A DNA stretch of 64,000 bases, taken from the NCBI RefSeq assembly GCF_018977255.1, contig NW_024704743.1, positions 3,660,001-3,724,000 on the forward strand. Direction: 5' to 3'. How positions within the stretch are numbered: position 1 is the stretch's first letter; the number at the start of each line of letters is the position of its first letter. Below the pieces are notes generated by a model. The model was not told the origin of the DNA, ran no database searches, and saw only the letters and a list, made by a program, of their open reading frames with translations. Both the position numbers and the translations under genes were made by a program. The stretch is from Callorhinchus milii. Taxonomy: Eukaryota. This document shows positions 1-12,350 of this stretch, piece by piece.

Positions 1-15
1 CACGTAAGTTTGTGG

Positions 16-46
<31 letters not shown>
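16..46 (+). repeat. (ATT)n microsatellite, probably a SINE tail
   Basis: ggattattatt... run identical to the tail of the young SINE family; gives the poly-Y ORF 12..296. Confidence 0.8.
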
Positions 47-47
<1 letters not shown>

Positions 48-179
48 CTGTGTCCAGCATCAAGCAACACTTCAGCTTCGACACTGCCAGGCACTGACTG
101 CTTGAATTGCCCCCTCTTGTTGGTCATTCAGGAGGTGGCGTTGATAATAAAGAGAGAGTTTGCTGTTTTGTGGCGTTTG

Positions 180-490
180 CCACGTCAAAACGTTTCAAAG
201 CACTTCACGGGTAATTGCTGGTGTTGCAGGCAGTTATTTGTGTCCGCATTAGCCACAGCCATGAGGCGAATAATCAATTTATCTGTCGGACTGTAGCTCT
301 CTGCCCCTTTTTATGTGGAACCTTTAATGGCCGACCATCAGAAGAACAGGCAGACGGGACTTTGGATCAACATCTCATCCGAACGAGGGCAACTCCGATA
401 ATGCATCCCGAATGTCATTCAAGAGTAACAGTTCAGGGGCTGACGTAATAGTCTTTTGAACCTGCAAACCACTGACTCAGAGGGTCAGCG
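180..490 (-). mobile_element. Old Deu-domain SINE, degraded
   Basis: Reverse-complement matches to the 5425-5845 copy (catctcatccgaa, tttgaacc...ctgactcagagg head). Confidence 0.55.
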
Positions 491-504
491 GGGCGGGGGG
501 GCGG

Positions 505-757
505 AGAAACCTTGGGCAAGTTTCCTTACCCCCCCACCTACACGCCTGATAATAATGCCTCAAGAAAACGAAACAATAATAAATTGGTCACTTCGATCCA
601 CGGCTGTTTGTGGGACGCCGCTGTGCGCAATTGGCTGCCGCGTTTCGCCCACAAATGCACAGTCAATTCACTTTGCAGTATATTCTGGTGAAGCGCTTTG
701 AGACGTCTCCAAGACGTGACAAGGCGCTATATCAAATGCCAGGAATATTATTATGAT
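505..757 (+). mobile_element. Young SINE, short-body variant, head missing
   Basis: gaaaccttgggcaagtttccttac...cacgcctgataataat...aattggtcac...gagacgtctccaagacgtg...atcaaatg + att tail. Confidence 0.85.
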
Positions 758-2034
758 TACTGATCAGTTCTTTTGAGTTACGACGAAGAACATGCAGAGG
801 AGAAAGAGGACAATTGGGGGTTAAAAAAAAGAAAGCTTTGATGTGCCGTCGATGAGCTCTCCCTGAGTTGAAATTAAAAGGCACTTAGAGGAAAACTGTT
901 TTCACTGGCCATCAGTTGCAACCTGAAAGGTCTTTTTCATGGTGATTAATTAGAAGCCGAAAAAAGTGAGGTTTAATGAACTAGCTGAATGGTTTTCAGT
1001 AGTAGCATCGCAGGTTAATGGACAGTGGCTTTCCTTGAGTAAGTGTTATTACTACAGTCCATAATTTCATCTTGAAAATGGATCAGGGAGTGAATCTTCC
1101 TCTTAGTAATTGAGTATTGATTTGAAAATAAATGATAGTGTAACTCCCCCTGAACTGCAGGACAGCGTATAGGTTGCGACGAGAAATGACTTCTAGCTCG
1201 TGTGTAAGTCGTGGATCAGGGTGATGGAGTTTCACTTAACCATTCTGCGGTAATCGCAGTTCCACTGGAATATTCCTTTTATTACTGCTGTTGGACGTGC
1301 GAGCCGACACAAAACATAAACTTCAAACAAATAAAAAGCGCCGTGTCACCCACAGGGTTGTGAAAGCTACGTTCGAACCAGAGCAAAGTTATTTTTTTTA
1401 CACAATGTGCTCTGCTGACAAGCAAACCGTTGAAATAAAAGTGCTCTCGGCTTATAATTTTTCAGTGGACAACAGAACAGAGGTCTATTCATCACTTTCG
1501 TACAGTGTTTGAAAACCCATTTCCACCCCCCTCCCCCTCCTGTGCGGAACAAGGTGCATTATTCTTGCAAACGGCAGTGACATGGTACGTGTGACATAAA
1601 CCTGTTTGCTCAGTCCTGACGAGATCGGTTTTACACTCCCTGGTCAGCTACCTGCATGGTCTGATTAGGTCCACGCAACATTAAGGAGATGATACCTTTT
1701 CTTTTTTGTAAGTTCTTCGTTTTACGAACGGTGACTTTGATAACACCGGCACCCACCTGAGCAGAGCAGTATTGGGAATCTTACTGCTGGTTGACTAAGA
1801 CGGTCTGATGTAGCCGTACAAGGAAGCTGCCTTTCTCGGGTGAGGAGTGGATCCTGCTTAACCTGTTCCAGACACTCGCAGCAGATTTGAAATTAGTCAT
1901 AAAAGAATTAGTGGTGTCCTCTTTTTCACAATGTTCCAGCGGTAAATATGGCATTGGATCAGTGGTATAAAAATTGCTCGACCCCAGGGTGCATCCTTCT
2001 CTGTAACCGACATGTCAGCGATCAGCCTGAAGTA

Positions 2035-2273
2035 ATAAATAATAACCCGCGCCGTATCATGTCGTTGGGACGTCTCAAAGCGCTTCACGGAATATACTGT
2101 AAAGTGGACTGATTGCGTATTTTTGTGGGCGAAACGTCAGTCGTGCGTTCGAGTCATCCTTTCTTTCTGGAGGGATTATTACCCCCACCCCCACCCCCGG
2201 AAAATGATCCTCCAATCGACTGACAACCGGATTCCTGCTGACCTGCAGGTAAACAGAGGCGTGTGGAGTATGG
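2035..2273 (-). mobile_element. Young SINE fragment with internal deletion
   Basis: cgtctcaaagcgcttcac...ttttgtgggcgaaacg...ggtaaacagaggcgtgtggagta. Confidence 0.85.
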
Positions 2274-2439
2274 AAACCACCCCCTAGTGGTTCCGGAGGA
2301 CGCATTGCCTGCGCAGTGGCCCTGGATATAGAGTCACTGAGCTCTTGGAGCGACAATACGTCAATAGTTTATCTTAACGCTCACTCAGCACGTGCATTCC
2401 ATACAGCACACAAGTGGAAAGTGGCCCTGCAAAGATGGA

Positions 2440-2850
2440 AGACAGTTAAAAACAGGACAATAATGCTCCCTTCGGTAGATCCTGGCACCAGCGGTTGTCA
2501 GTCCACGAAATCGATGCCATAGAAACTACCAGTCATTATTTTGCTCACAATGTCAGAAGACCAGCTTCCACATGACTGCATTCCCTCCCGAAATCCGGTC
2601 GACCGACAGGAGATGCTGTCCGCTTCGATATACATAAGTGGCTGTCGAACTGGTTTCTTCTTCGGGGTTATAGGTGCCTCAGTAAAAAAGCTCCTGGGCT
2701 TTGCTTTGTATGAAATTCACATTGGTGGTCGTGAACGTATTGCCCCTGATCTTTGTTTCAATATGGCGCAGAATTCGGTTGTGAAATGCTTTTGACCGAA
2801 CACCAGCCCAAGAGCCAGATGTTGCGTCAGTGATTTCCGCACTTGCCTTT
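2440..2850 (-). pseudogene. Heavily decayed SWIM zinc-finger ORF, probably a DNA transposon relic
   Basis: Minus-strand translation across frameshifts gives EITD..IW..LV.GQKHFTTE, FLLR...HLCISKRTASPV, ECSHVEAGLLTL and SWTDNRWCQDLPKG, in the order of SWIM-domain proteins of Kolobok/YqaJ-type elements (recalled motifs). Confidence 0.4.
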
Positions 2851-3237
2851 GTTCAAAGGTCGCGTCATGTTTCGTTATATCTGTCTGGTGCAAATAACAT
2901 GCCTTTGTCCAATAAATGTGGTTGCCCAGATGTGCACAACTGTCCGTCCGTGTCCGATGAATCCGCACAGGAACGGTAAACTTTTCAGCGTCGCTGTGAA
3001 CGTATTGAAGTTGTTCAGCGAATTTAATGGAATTTGCATCCTATCTCATCAGATAACAACTACACCAAATCCATTCCCATTTTTTATTATTATTACCATG
3101 AAATAGAATTGCTGTTGCTGTTAAATAAATGGTAATCCTCACATTTGATGATGACTCAAAGTGCTTCATAGGATTTTACTGTAAAGTCTATTGACTGTGT
3201 ATTTTGCAGGTGAGTGCGGCAGACAATTTGCTACGTC

Positions 3238-3780
3238 ACAACAACAACAACAACTTGCATTTATATCGCGGCCTGGGTGTGGGGTAGAGTCCTGGAGATG
3301 CTTCACACTGGCGGAGTCTGACAACGAGCCAGGGTGAGAGGGAGGGAGGAGGTGACCATAGGAGCGATCGCAAAGGAAGGTCTTTAGGGGGGATTTGCAG
3401 ATGGGGAGGGAGGGGGGCAAGGCAGAGGGATTGAGGGAAAGAGTTCCAGAGTTTCGGGGGCATAGCGGCTGAAGACACGGCCACCGATGGTGGAGGGAGG
3501 GAGGGGGGCAAGGCAGAGGGATTGAGGGAAAGAGTTCCAGAGTTTCGGGGGCATAGCGGCTGAAGGCACGGCCACCGATGGCGGAGCGACAAAAATTGGA
3601 AGCCAGAGCTAGTCGAGCGGAGGCAGCAAGTGGTGGAGTGGGCGGTGCGGGGAGGGTAAGCAGGTCGGAGGGGTAGGGAGGTGCAAGGGCTTGAAGTAAG
3701 TTGAAAACGAGTGAGAGGATCTTGAGGTTGATCCGTTCTGTGTTTGGGAGCCTGCGGAGCCTGGCAAAGGACTGGCTCGC
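3238..3780 (-). mobile_element. L2 LINE 3' fragment with 91-bp internal tandem duplication, nested in an old SINE tail
   Basis: (aac)n-ttgcatttatatcgcg tail; ORF2 C-terminal peptides (INLKILSLVF, IGGRAFS, PKLWNSFPQSLCLAP). Confidence 0.9.
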
Positions 3781-4129
3781 AAACCATGTCTCGCAAACAA
3801 TGGCAAAACTCCCAACGGGTTCCAAAAAAAACCCCCATAAAATAAGCAATAACTTTGAAATCTTTGTTCAGAAATAAGGAAAGCATGACAACCTTTCTTT
3901 ACAAACCAGTGGGAGATGGGGATGGGGGTGGGGGGGGAACTCTTTTAAATTGTTTTCATGAATCTGCATTCAGGTCAGTTCGCAATTTAACTTTTAAAAC
4001 AAAACGATGTTTTGAATGAAAAATACTCGTGTTGAATATTTTGCTTTTTGCTGCCAGTCAAAGCAGAAAAACGTCATGGAAGAAATCAGGTAAATCACCG
4101 GTTTGTTTATCGAAATGGGAAAGGACAGC

Positions 4130-4440
4130 TTGCCTCAATGGCTCAGTGGGTTTAGCTGATGAACGGATGAGACGTACAGATAGGAATGTCTGCGCTGAAC
4201 CTGTCCGATCACAAGCGGAGCTGATACAATCAGCCTCAGTGACCTTACTTTAGGGAGAGGAGTCTGCTCTTTGTGCGCGTGTGTATGTCCAACAACAACA
4301 ACAACAAGATTACATTTGTAGAGCGCCTTTCACGTCGGGAGGACAAGATCAGTTGAAATTAAACAGCTTGCCGACGCTCACTGCCGGGTCTCGCACTTGA
4401 AGAATAGCCATTTAGGAGAGATATTGGGCGGCAGTTGGAG
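4130..4440 (+). mobile_element. Old SINE-like repeat (third family) interrupted by a ~55-bp L2 tail at 4291-4345
   Basis: A-box-like tggctcagtgg start; 4361-4410 aligns with the reverse complement of 13781-13830. Confidence 0.5.
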
Positions 4441-5099
4441 CCCATATAATAATATAATAATAATAATAATACTATTCCTTGCATTTGATCTGGCGCCTTT
4501 TCACGTCTTCAAGACGTCTGTGAATTCACTGTGAATTCACTCGACGATGCAGCACTCCCCAGCATTGGACTGGAGTGTCAGAGTGGACTGTGGGTTCAAA
4601 GGCCTAATCTCGGGTTTGAATCCACATTTTTTTGACTCAGAGGTGAGGAGCGCTTTGTGTATATTGGGCTTGTTAACCTTTAATTGCCAGTGTAAGTGGT
4701 ATCGGGACAATTAACAGTTAACTGCTGCGATCAAGGTCACAAAAAAGAATAGAATGCCTTCCCCAGGCTTACTTTTAATCTCTCCCAAGTCCCATAGCTA
4801 AATGAAACAAATTAGCTTCGAAAAGCACACATTCTGTAAGGTATAATCACACTTCTGGCGTTATCGTGTCTGAGTGTTTGAACAGCTGCATGCTTTATGC
4901 TTGATACATTTTTCCCATAAGAAATATTGTCAAATTGTATGAATAATTCCACCACTGTAATTAGTTTGCACTGTTGGGTAATTCGGGGTTAGTGTCCCTG
5001 CTGCGGCTTCATTGTTGGCCTAGGAAATGTTAACAGGGTGCCGGGCTGGGTCTCTTCACAACACCGCAAAATAATGATGGGATCTAACACGGCAAATGC

Positions 5100-5405
5100 A
5101 GTACTCTTCTTCCCTGTCATAGAGGGGTCCAAACAACATGGACGTAATCTTACAACCAGCGATACAGTGGATTGAAGTGAGATCAGGAAACATTGTGTGA
5201 GTTGTGAGAATGTGGAAAGCACTGCCCCCAGAAGTCTGTAGAAGCAGAATTAATTGGGAGGAAGCTGGATACTTGCCAAGTGAAGGTATTAAGGTTTATG
5301 GGCAAAAAAACATGGAACTGGAATTAAAAGATCTGCCAATGATCCCATAAACTGGCCAAACAGCCTTGATAGCCTCTTCTTTATTCTGCGTTCCTATATA
5401 TTCCT
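5100..5405 (+). mobile_element. CR1 LINE 3' end, degraded
   Basis: gttgtgagaatgtggaaagcactgcccc...gtagaagcag...ggaagctggata pattern typical of CR1 3' ends. Confidence 0.6.
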
Positions 5406-5424
5406 TTATTTCTTCCATATTTGA

Positions 5425-5845
5425 CAGTCTGGCTCAGTTGGTAGTATGCTTGCCTCTAAGTCAAGAGGTTGTGGATTCATGATCCATGTTGGGACTTGGA
5501 ATGCATATAGTCTAAGCTGACATTGCAATGCAGTGCTGGGGGGGGGGTGGGGGGTGCATGCTGCAAGGCAGGAGATGCCGTCCGTTTGATGAGACATTAA
5601 AACGAGGCTCCGACTGCCTGTACAGATGGACGATAAAGATCCCATGGCACCATTCGAGAATAGAAGGGAGTTTCTCCCAGTGTCCTGGCCAATAATCCCC
5701 CAAACAAAATTGGTCACGGTTGTTTGTGTGTGACATCGCTGTGCACAAAATTGACTGCCACATTCACCCACAAGGTTCACAGTCACTCTACTTTTGACAT
5801 GATAAATTCGCTGTATCAAATGCAAGGAATATTATTCTTATTCTT
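5425..5845 (+). mobile_element. Old Deu-domain SINE (SacSINE1-like), near full length
   Basis: tggctcagttggtag A-box head; Deu core aaagatcccatggcac...gggagtttctcccagtgtcctggccaa; L2-type tail atcaaatgcaagg. Confidence 0.8.
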
Positions 5846-5894
5846 AATTCATAGAATATTTAAACAAGATGGCCCTCCACTCAAGTTATGTACA

Positions 5895-6212
5895 ATTTGG
5901 CTCAATTGGTAGCACTCTTGCCTCTGAGTCAGAAGGTGTGGGTTCAAACCCTGTGATTTGACTGTGATCTCAGTGTTCAGACTGAAACAGGGGGAGCATT
6001 GCATTGTCAGAGGTTGCTGAACTTCGCACAAGATAACAAACTGAGGTTAAATTGATGATTCACCTCATGGCTTTCTGTGGGACATTGCTGGGTGCAACTT
6101 GGCGTGGTGTTTTAGCCTACAAAATACGTAGCACTTGATAGCAATTAAATGTGAAGTGGTCTGAGGCATTTTATCATTATAGGTGCCATACAAAATGCAG
6201 GGATTATTTTAT
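5895..6212 (+). mobile_element. Old Deu-type SINE, internally deleted
   Basis: tggctcaattggtagcactcttgcctctgagtcagaagg head and aaatgcagggattat tail. Confidence 0.7.
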
Positions 6213-6769
6213 TACACAGACATATTAGTTAGCATACCAACTAACCATGGTTAAATACCTCATACTAATCATGGCACAGCTCTGCATAAGCGAATGCACA
6301 GCATCACTAACTTAAATCTGCCCAAGGAGACGAGTTTGAAGTATCTATTTCTCGGACATTTGAAGGCCTGTTACTGGAAAAGCACTACCTTTCGTGACGC
6401 TTGCATTTTGCCAATTTACTTGTTCAAAGAAATCTGTTCTATTCGAGTCATTTTATGGTGTATTTGTGTGGCACTAGCAATCCTTATACACATGTAAGTG
6501 CTGTGGGTGAATGGAATAAAAGAGTGTCAGAGGCCACCTTCGGTGTGTGGTCTTGTGATTTACGTAGTCTTAATGTCAATTGATCCCAGTCCAATTAGTT
6601 TAATACCTGTTTGTTGATCCTTAATCCCTATGCTCAATACCTGGCCAAGAAATCATGGCACCCGCTAATGGGATTTAAAGTTAAAGTTGCAGTGTTCCTG
6701 AACACAAATCATTTCTGTTCCTTATTTTAGGAATGGTATTCAAATGGAGTTGGATACACACACACACAC

Positions 6770-6908
6770 AAATCAAGTGCTAAAGCCCTCTATGGGGAGA
6801 GAACGGGGGGAGTGGGATTGATTTGGATAGCTCTTTTCAAAAAGCCGGCACAGACACGATAGGCCAAATGGCCTCCTTCTGTGCTGTATAATTCTATGAT
6901 GATTCTAC
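6770..6908 (+). mobile_element. CR1 3' tail
   Basis: ggatagctctttt...gccggcacagacacgataggccaaatggcctccttctgtgctgtataattctatgat. Confidence 0.7.
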
Positions 6909-7138
6909 GATCCGCAATTAAATCGTCTTCCCTCACTCAGTTATCAGAGCAACATTCCACGCCTTTATCTTGGTTGCCGAGAAGCTTATTCCTTAAAGCG
7001 TGTGATCCTGTGAAAATAACTCTCTTTTCTCTCAATATATATTTGAGGATCTTTCACATCTTTAATCTGTCTAGAGGATCCAGGCGAGAATAAAACCTCA
7101 AAGAGGTTAAAGGGTAAGGGAAGGGGGAAATGACAGGG

Positions 7139-7526
7139 TAATAATAATAATAATAATAATGATAATAATAATAATAATCCTTGCATTTGATATAGCGCCT
7201 TATCGCCTCTTCGAGACATCTCAAAGCGCTTCACAGAATATAATGCAAAGTGAATTGGCTGTGTATTCTGTGGGCGAAATGCAGTAACCAATTGCTCATA
7301 AAAGTGTCCCGCAAACAGTCGGGAACTCAAGTGACCAATTTATTATTTATTCATTTTTTTGAAGGAATTATTACCTCCGGAAAAGCGATCCGCCAATTGA
7401 CTAACAACCGGGTTCCTACTTAACGCTAGGTAAACAGAGGCGTGTGGAGTAAAACATTTTGTCCTACCGGGAATCAAACCCAGGCATTCCAGTTGCGAGG
7501 CGAGTCGCTCTAACCACTGAGCTACA
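7139..7526 (-). mobile_element. Young tRNA-headed SINE, near full length
   Basis: (aat)n tail, ccttgcatttgatatagcgcc, body, and head reverse complement ctctaaccactgagctac. Confidence 0.92.
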
Positions 7527-10500
7527 TTATTAAAAGACACACACACTGACAGAGCATTGAGATTTTTATCTCATCTCCAAGTGAAGCCTTGACTCTTACA
7601 GTCAAGAGGCATGACTTGCACTTTGACTCCAACAAGGGAGAAGATATGATGATATCACTGGTAATGTTATATTGTTAAAAACTGTGGTGAAAAGCAGTCC
7701 ATAGTTATCACAGAATAACCACCCCCCCCCACACTCTCCCACCTCGCCAGAGGTTGGTTATTTTTAGAGGAGTTAGGTCAAAATGGGAGAAATATTAAGT
7801 AGGGTTCGTCAGGGATCTGTGATGGCATTGGTATACATTATGGAAAAAACAAACAAACGAGCAGGACTACATTGCCAATTTAGTTAAGTTCAATTCCCCA
7901 GAAGTTATGCTCAAACTGTATGGTCAGGTCTCAAATTTGTTTTGATGTCCAACAGTGGAGTTAATAATAATAATCCTTGCATTTGGAAGGATCCACCTAA
8001 TCAATTTGAAGGCGATATCATTGCCATTCCAATACAGTATTGGGGAAGCGCTTCATTTTCAGAGGTGATGAACTTTCTCTTTAAATTAAGAAATGTTTGC
8101 TAATTTCGAGGTGTTAAACGGAGGTGTTGTCTGCCTGCTCAAGTGGATGTTAAAGATTCCTTGCAGCATTCGCAAAGAGAAGGGATTTTCTCCTTGCGTC
8201 TTGGCTAAGAATCGTCCAGGTAAAATTGATCACTCATTTCACGGCTATTTGTAGGACATTGGCTGGGCATAAGTTAGGTCCCACAAAATACACGGTAACT
8301 GCAGGGTCCAAAAAGATCCCTCTGAAAGCAATTTGAGAGGTTTTGACATTATTATTTTATTATTATAATTTTTATTATTATTACAGCATATCACATGCAA
8401 GGATTAATCTAAACTTATTATAAAAGCAACTAATCTGTAACTATAAAATAATAATCACACGGCCCAGGTTGACAGAGCAAAAGAAAATTGGATGGAAAAT
8501 ACCCTTTGGACCTTTTTTTTTCAGATACGAAATCTTTTCGCAACGGTTTCTCAATGTTGCTGTGATCCATTTCTCTTGATGATTTAATGAGGCGTACCTT
8601 AATGCATTTGTGAGTCATCTCTTCAGGCACATTGCTACGAACAAGGAGTTGAAGCAACAAGAATGTCAGCCACTTCACTTTGTGTTAACGCACCCTTCTG
8701 GTTTCTACAGAGTTTCAAAGTAATTGATCATGACACCAAACAGCCCAGTGTCTTGTTTAGTTCATCTCGCCCAGCCTGGCGCCTTTAGTGAACATGGCAG
8801 CAATTAGTAAAGCACTGAACAGTAATTTCCTTTATGTGTATCGCAGCACAGCAATGTTTGAGACATGTCCTGAAAGTGACAATTCTAATCAGCTTTTTGC
8901 TAATCCTTGACAAATTCACCAATTCAATTGTCACTCGATAACCCTCGAGACTTTGGTTGCTGGTAAGGAAGGATTGACACGCCAGCTTTAATCCGAAGAC
9001 AGGCTGATTATTACACTGATATCTCTTGTTGAAGAAGAGCTTGCATTTTTACAGAACCTTACCGTGTTTAAAATAATGAAGGGAATTGACACTTATAAAT
9101 TACTCTTCCCTCTCTGGAAGAGGGATACATAACAAGGGGGCAGATCTAACTAATAGTCGTATTAGAGCTAAACTGCGCAGAAGTGAAATCAGCAAACATT
9201 TCTTCCTTTAAAGAGAATGTGAGAATGTACAACGCACTGCCCACAGAAGGCTACAAATGCTCAAAATGCTTCGCAGGGTTCACTATAAAGTGCAGTGACT
9301 GTATATTTTGCAAGCGAAATGGCAGTCAATTTGCACACAGTATTGTCCCACAAAGCTATGAAGTGAAAGGCCAGTTTTATCTGGAGGATTGTTGGTCAGG
9401 ACACTGGGAGAGGAAACATTACACCAGTGCCAGCCAAACCACGGCCATCCTTTGGGGCCGTCAAGAAGGGATCTCCCGAATATTCGCACCAGTCGAGGTA
9501 AATCTGTGTCGATTGGATGGCACGAATCAAGAAACATTCGATGAAGAACAATTATTTTGTTGGCTGACCAAAAAGATTGGCCACCACTGCTCTATAGTCA
9601 TCCAGGTGGAGTTTTTCTCTGCAGGTGACTATCCAGGGAACATAGACAATGTTATCGTTTGGCACATGAGCAGTTAGACGTAAAGCTCTTAATGTTTTCA
9701 TGCTAAATGTATCGACAAGTGTACTTCTAGAAAGCGTCCTAGACAACGTCCCGGACCTGGGGCTTGAACCCACAACCCTTCTGACTCAGAGGCGAGTGCC
9801 ACCAACTGAGCCAGGCTGACGTCGAGAGTAGTGCAGGGTTATTAATTAATCTGGGAAGGAAAAAAAAAAGCAAACTCTTGCAATGAGGGCTGGGAGGGGA
9901 GAGAGAGTTTTTTAACAAATAAAAACACAATATAATAGTATAGATAATGTGCATGACAGCAGTTGAAATTGAGTCAGACGATGGGGACAGCCAATCAAAG
10001 CGAATATGACAACACATCATTAAAATCAATGGTTTGAATCCGCAGCCTTGTGACACACCGAACATGCAGTTTCACTCGGGGGGGGGGGGGGAAAACAAAC
10101 TCATCCACTGGTTATACCGAGAAAATTGATGGAAAAAGCGTGGGATATCTTAACGTTATTTCATTCAAAGTGGTGGCTCAATTTCAACTGCTATGATGCA
10201 CATTACACGTATCATTAAATGCACAAAAACAGTTATCAAAAAGAAATTGCTCAACATAGGTTTGCTTATAAGCAGTTTTAAAGGCGTTTAAGTTATGCTT
10301 TACATGTAAAAGCAACGCTTGAGGTAAATGAGCTGGAAGCATATCAACGACTTGATTGCAAATGACTCTTTCAAAAGTGACAGCTTCTCTTTTAAAATCT
10401 CTTCTGAAGCAAAAGAGGTCCCGAAATTCCATCTGACGTTAGCCTGTAAAGCCATGTTGTCTTGCATAGAATTACATGGAACATTTCAGCAGAGAAACAG

Positions 10501-10885
10501 TCCTTCAGCTCAACTAGTCGATGCTACACTCTATCTACACTCCACATGATCCTCCACATGTCCTAATCCTCTCGCCTATTCCCTCTCCCTCCTGTATAAT
10601 ACGCTGATTTGTTTTTGGTTCAACCACAGCTTCTGACATCACCCATTTTCGTCACATCACCCTCTGCGTGGGTAGGTTTTTCCTCGACTCCCTTTCTTAA
10701 ATTTTCTTAAACATTTGAGATTGTACTGAACTGTGAAAAATGCTTAAACCCAGCCTCGATTCGGAGGCTGGTTTGCTGAAAAGTTCATAAAAAAACGAAA
10801 CGGCTTCCAAATGAAGACAGAATTGTTAAAAGGAAAATTCACGATTCCGCTTGATTTTAAATTTTAAGACAAAATGATCTTAAAC

Positions 10886-11324
10886 AACGGCAAAAACAAT
10901 TTGCATTTATTGCAGTAGTGTCTCATGGCGCGTAACAGTGGCGGAGACTGATGCTGAGCTGGGAAGAGAAGGGGGGGAAGCAACCAAAGGCACGATGAAA
11001 AAACAAAGATCAAGTCTTCAGATGAGATTTGAAGACGGGCAAGGAGGGGGCAAGGCGCAGGGAGAGTTAGAGTGTTCTGGGTTGTTGTGGCTGAAAACAT
11101 AGCAGCCGATGGTAGAGTGGAGGAGGTGAGGGCCATGGAGAAGGTTGGAGCCAGTTGAGCGAAGGAGACGGCTCGTGGAGTGGGGGGTATAAGCAGGTCG
11201 GAGATGTGTGGATGTGAATTGATTTGTAAGTGAGTGTTAGGATCTTTGAAATTGATTGGTTCTGCAAAAGGGATCCAGTGGAGCCCTGGCAAGGACTGAG
11301 CTGATGGAGTGTACCTGAAGGCTT
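10886..11324 (-). mobile_element. Old L2 3' fragment with 15-bp TSD
   Basis: ORF 10864..11292 LHWIPF..INFK; aaaatgatcttaaac flanks both sides (10871-10885, 11325-11339). Confidence 0.8.
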
Positions 11325-11369
11325 AAAATGATCTTAAACGAGGTGTGATTTTAGGCCCCTTCTTATTTC

Positions 11370-11590
11370 AAACATCCCAAGGAGCCACGCGGATAATTGC
11401 TGTAAAGTGTAGTGACAGTTCTGTAGGCGAACGCAGCAGACAATTTGTATAAAGCAATATACCACAAGCAATATCGAACCGAATGATCAATTTATCTGGA
11501 GGATTGTTGGCCTGCAACAACTCCCTTTCTCTTTTCAAACAGTACCATGGGATTTTAAACATCCACCCAAACAGGCAGATCAGATCACAT
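11370..11590 (-). mobile_element. Old Deu-domain SINE fragment
   Basis: ctccctttctcttttcaaacagtaccatgggattttaaacatccacc. Confidence 0.7.
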
Positions 11591-11719
11591 TGGTTGGCCA
11601 TATGTCCTGGTTAAATGAAAGCGGTTCGCAATCATTATTTTCATTACCTGCCATTCATTATTAGTCATCCTCAATCACCATTGCAAAGAAAGTAAGGTCA
11701 CAAGATCATTCAGGATAAA

Positions 11720-12085
11720 AAATCCTTTCGGCCCATCCGAGATTATCCCTGCAGAACAGCCACCCTACTGTGCCACCGTCACAGCATCAAACTACTTTTT
11801 TAAATGAGTCTAGTGTCTTGGCTTCAACCAACTTTCCTGGCAACCTGTTCCAATTGTTGATTACCCTCTGTCTAAAGAAATACTTCTTGATATCTGTCCT
11901 GAAATTTCCATTTGCATCTCTAAAGCCATGTCCCGTTGTTCTACGGTCTTCATACAACCTAAGGTTTTGATCTGGGTTTCAATCCTATTTAGATGTTGTG
12001 TACCTCTATGAGGTACCACCTGAGTTGTCTTCTGTGCACGACTGAAGAGCCCTAACTCGTCTATTTGTTGCTCGTAGCTCAAACA
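11720..12085 (-). mobile_element. CR1 3' fragment
   Basis: MSYEQQIDELGLFS peptide (CR1 ORF2 C-terminus) plus the 3' region. Confidence 0.7.
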
Positions 12086-12350
12086 AAGTACTCAGCGTTT
12101 TTATAGTGATTATAGTCATTTGCATTTGATGTAGCACCTTTTATACCAGGTGGGAGTCTCAAAATGCTTCGCAGGATTGGCTTTGACTGTGTAAATTTAT
12201 AGCCGAATGTGGCAGTCAGGTTGACAGTCCATATCCCACAAACGTGTGAGTGAAAGCTTTTGGAAGCGTCTCAGATGAAGGACAAGGTGCCTTTAACACG
12301 TGAGTTGACATTTAAGTATCCTTAGTTACTAAATAATGATTGGAACAATT

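Noticed and set aside
2717..2968. Academ-like transposase reading of TQHLALGLVF
   Set aside because: Downstream motifs fit a SWIM-finger protein better; the Academ-like match rested on one short peptide.
9183..9677. 164-aa ORF with several Cys pairs
   Set aside because: Spans CR1 and SINE remnants; no recognisable domain; the lone acceptor-like site at 9624 has no convincing donor.
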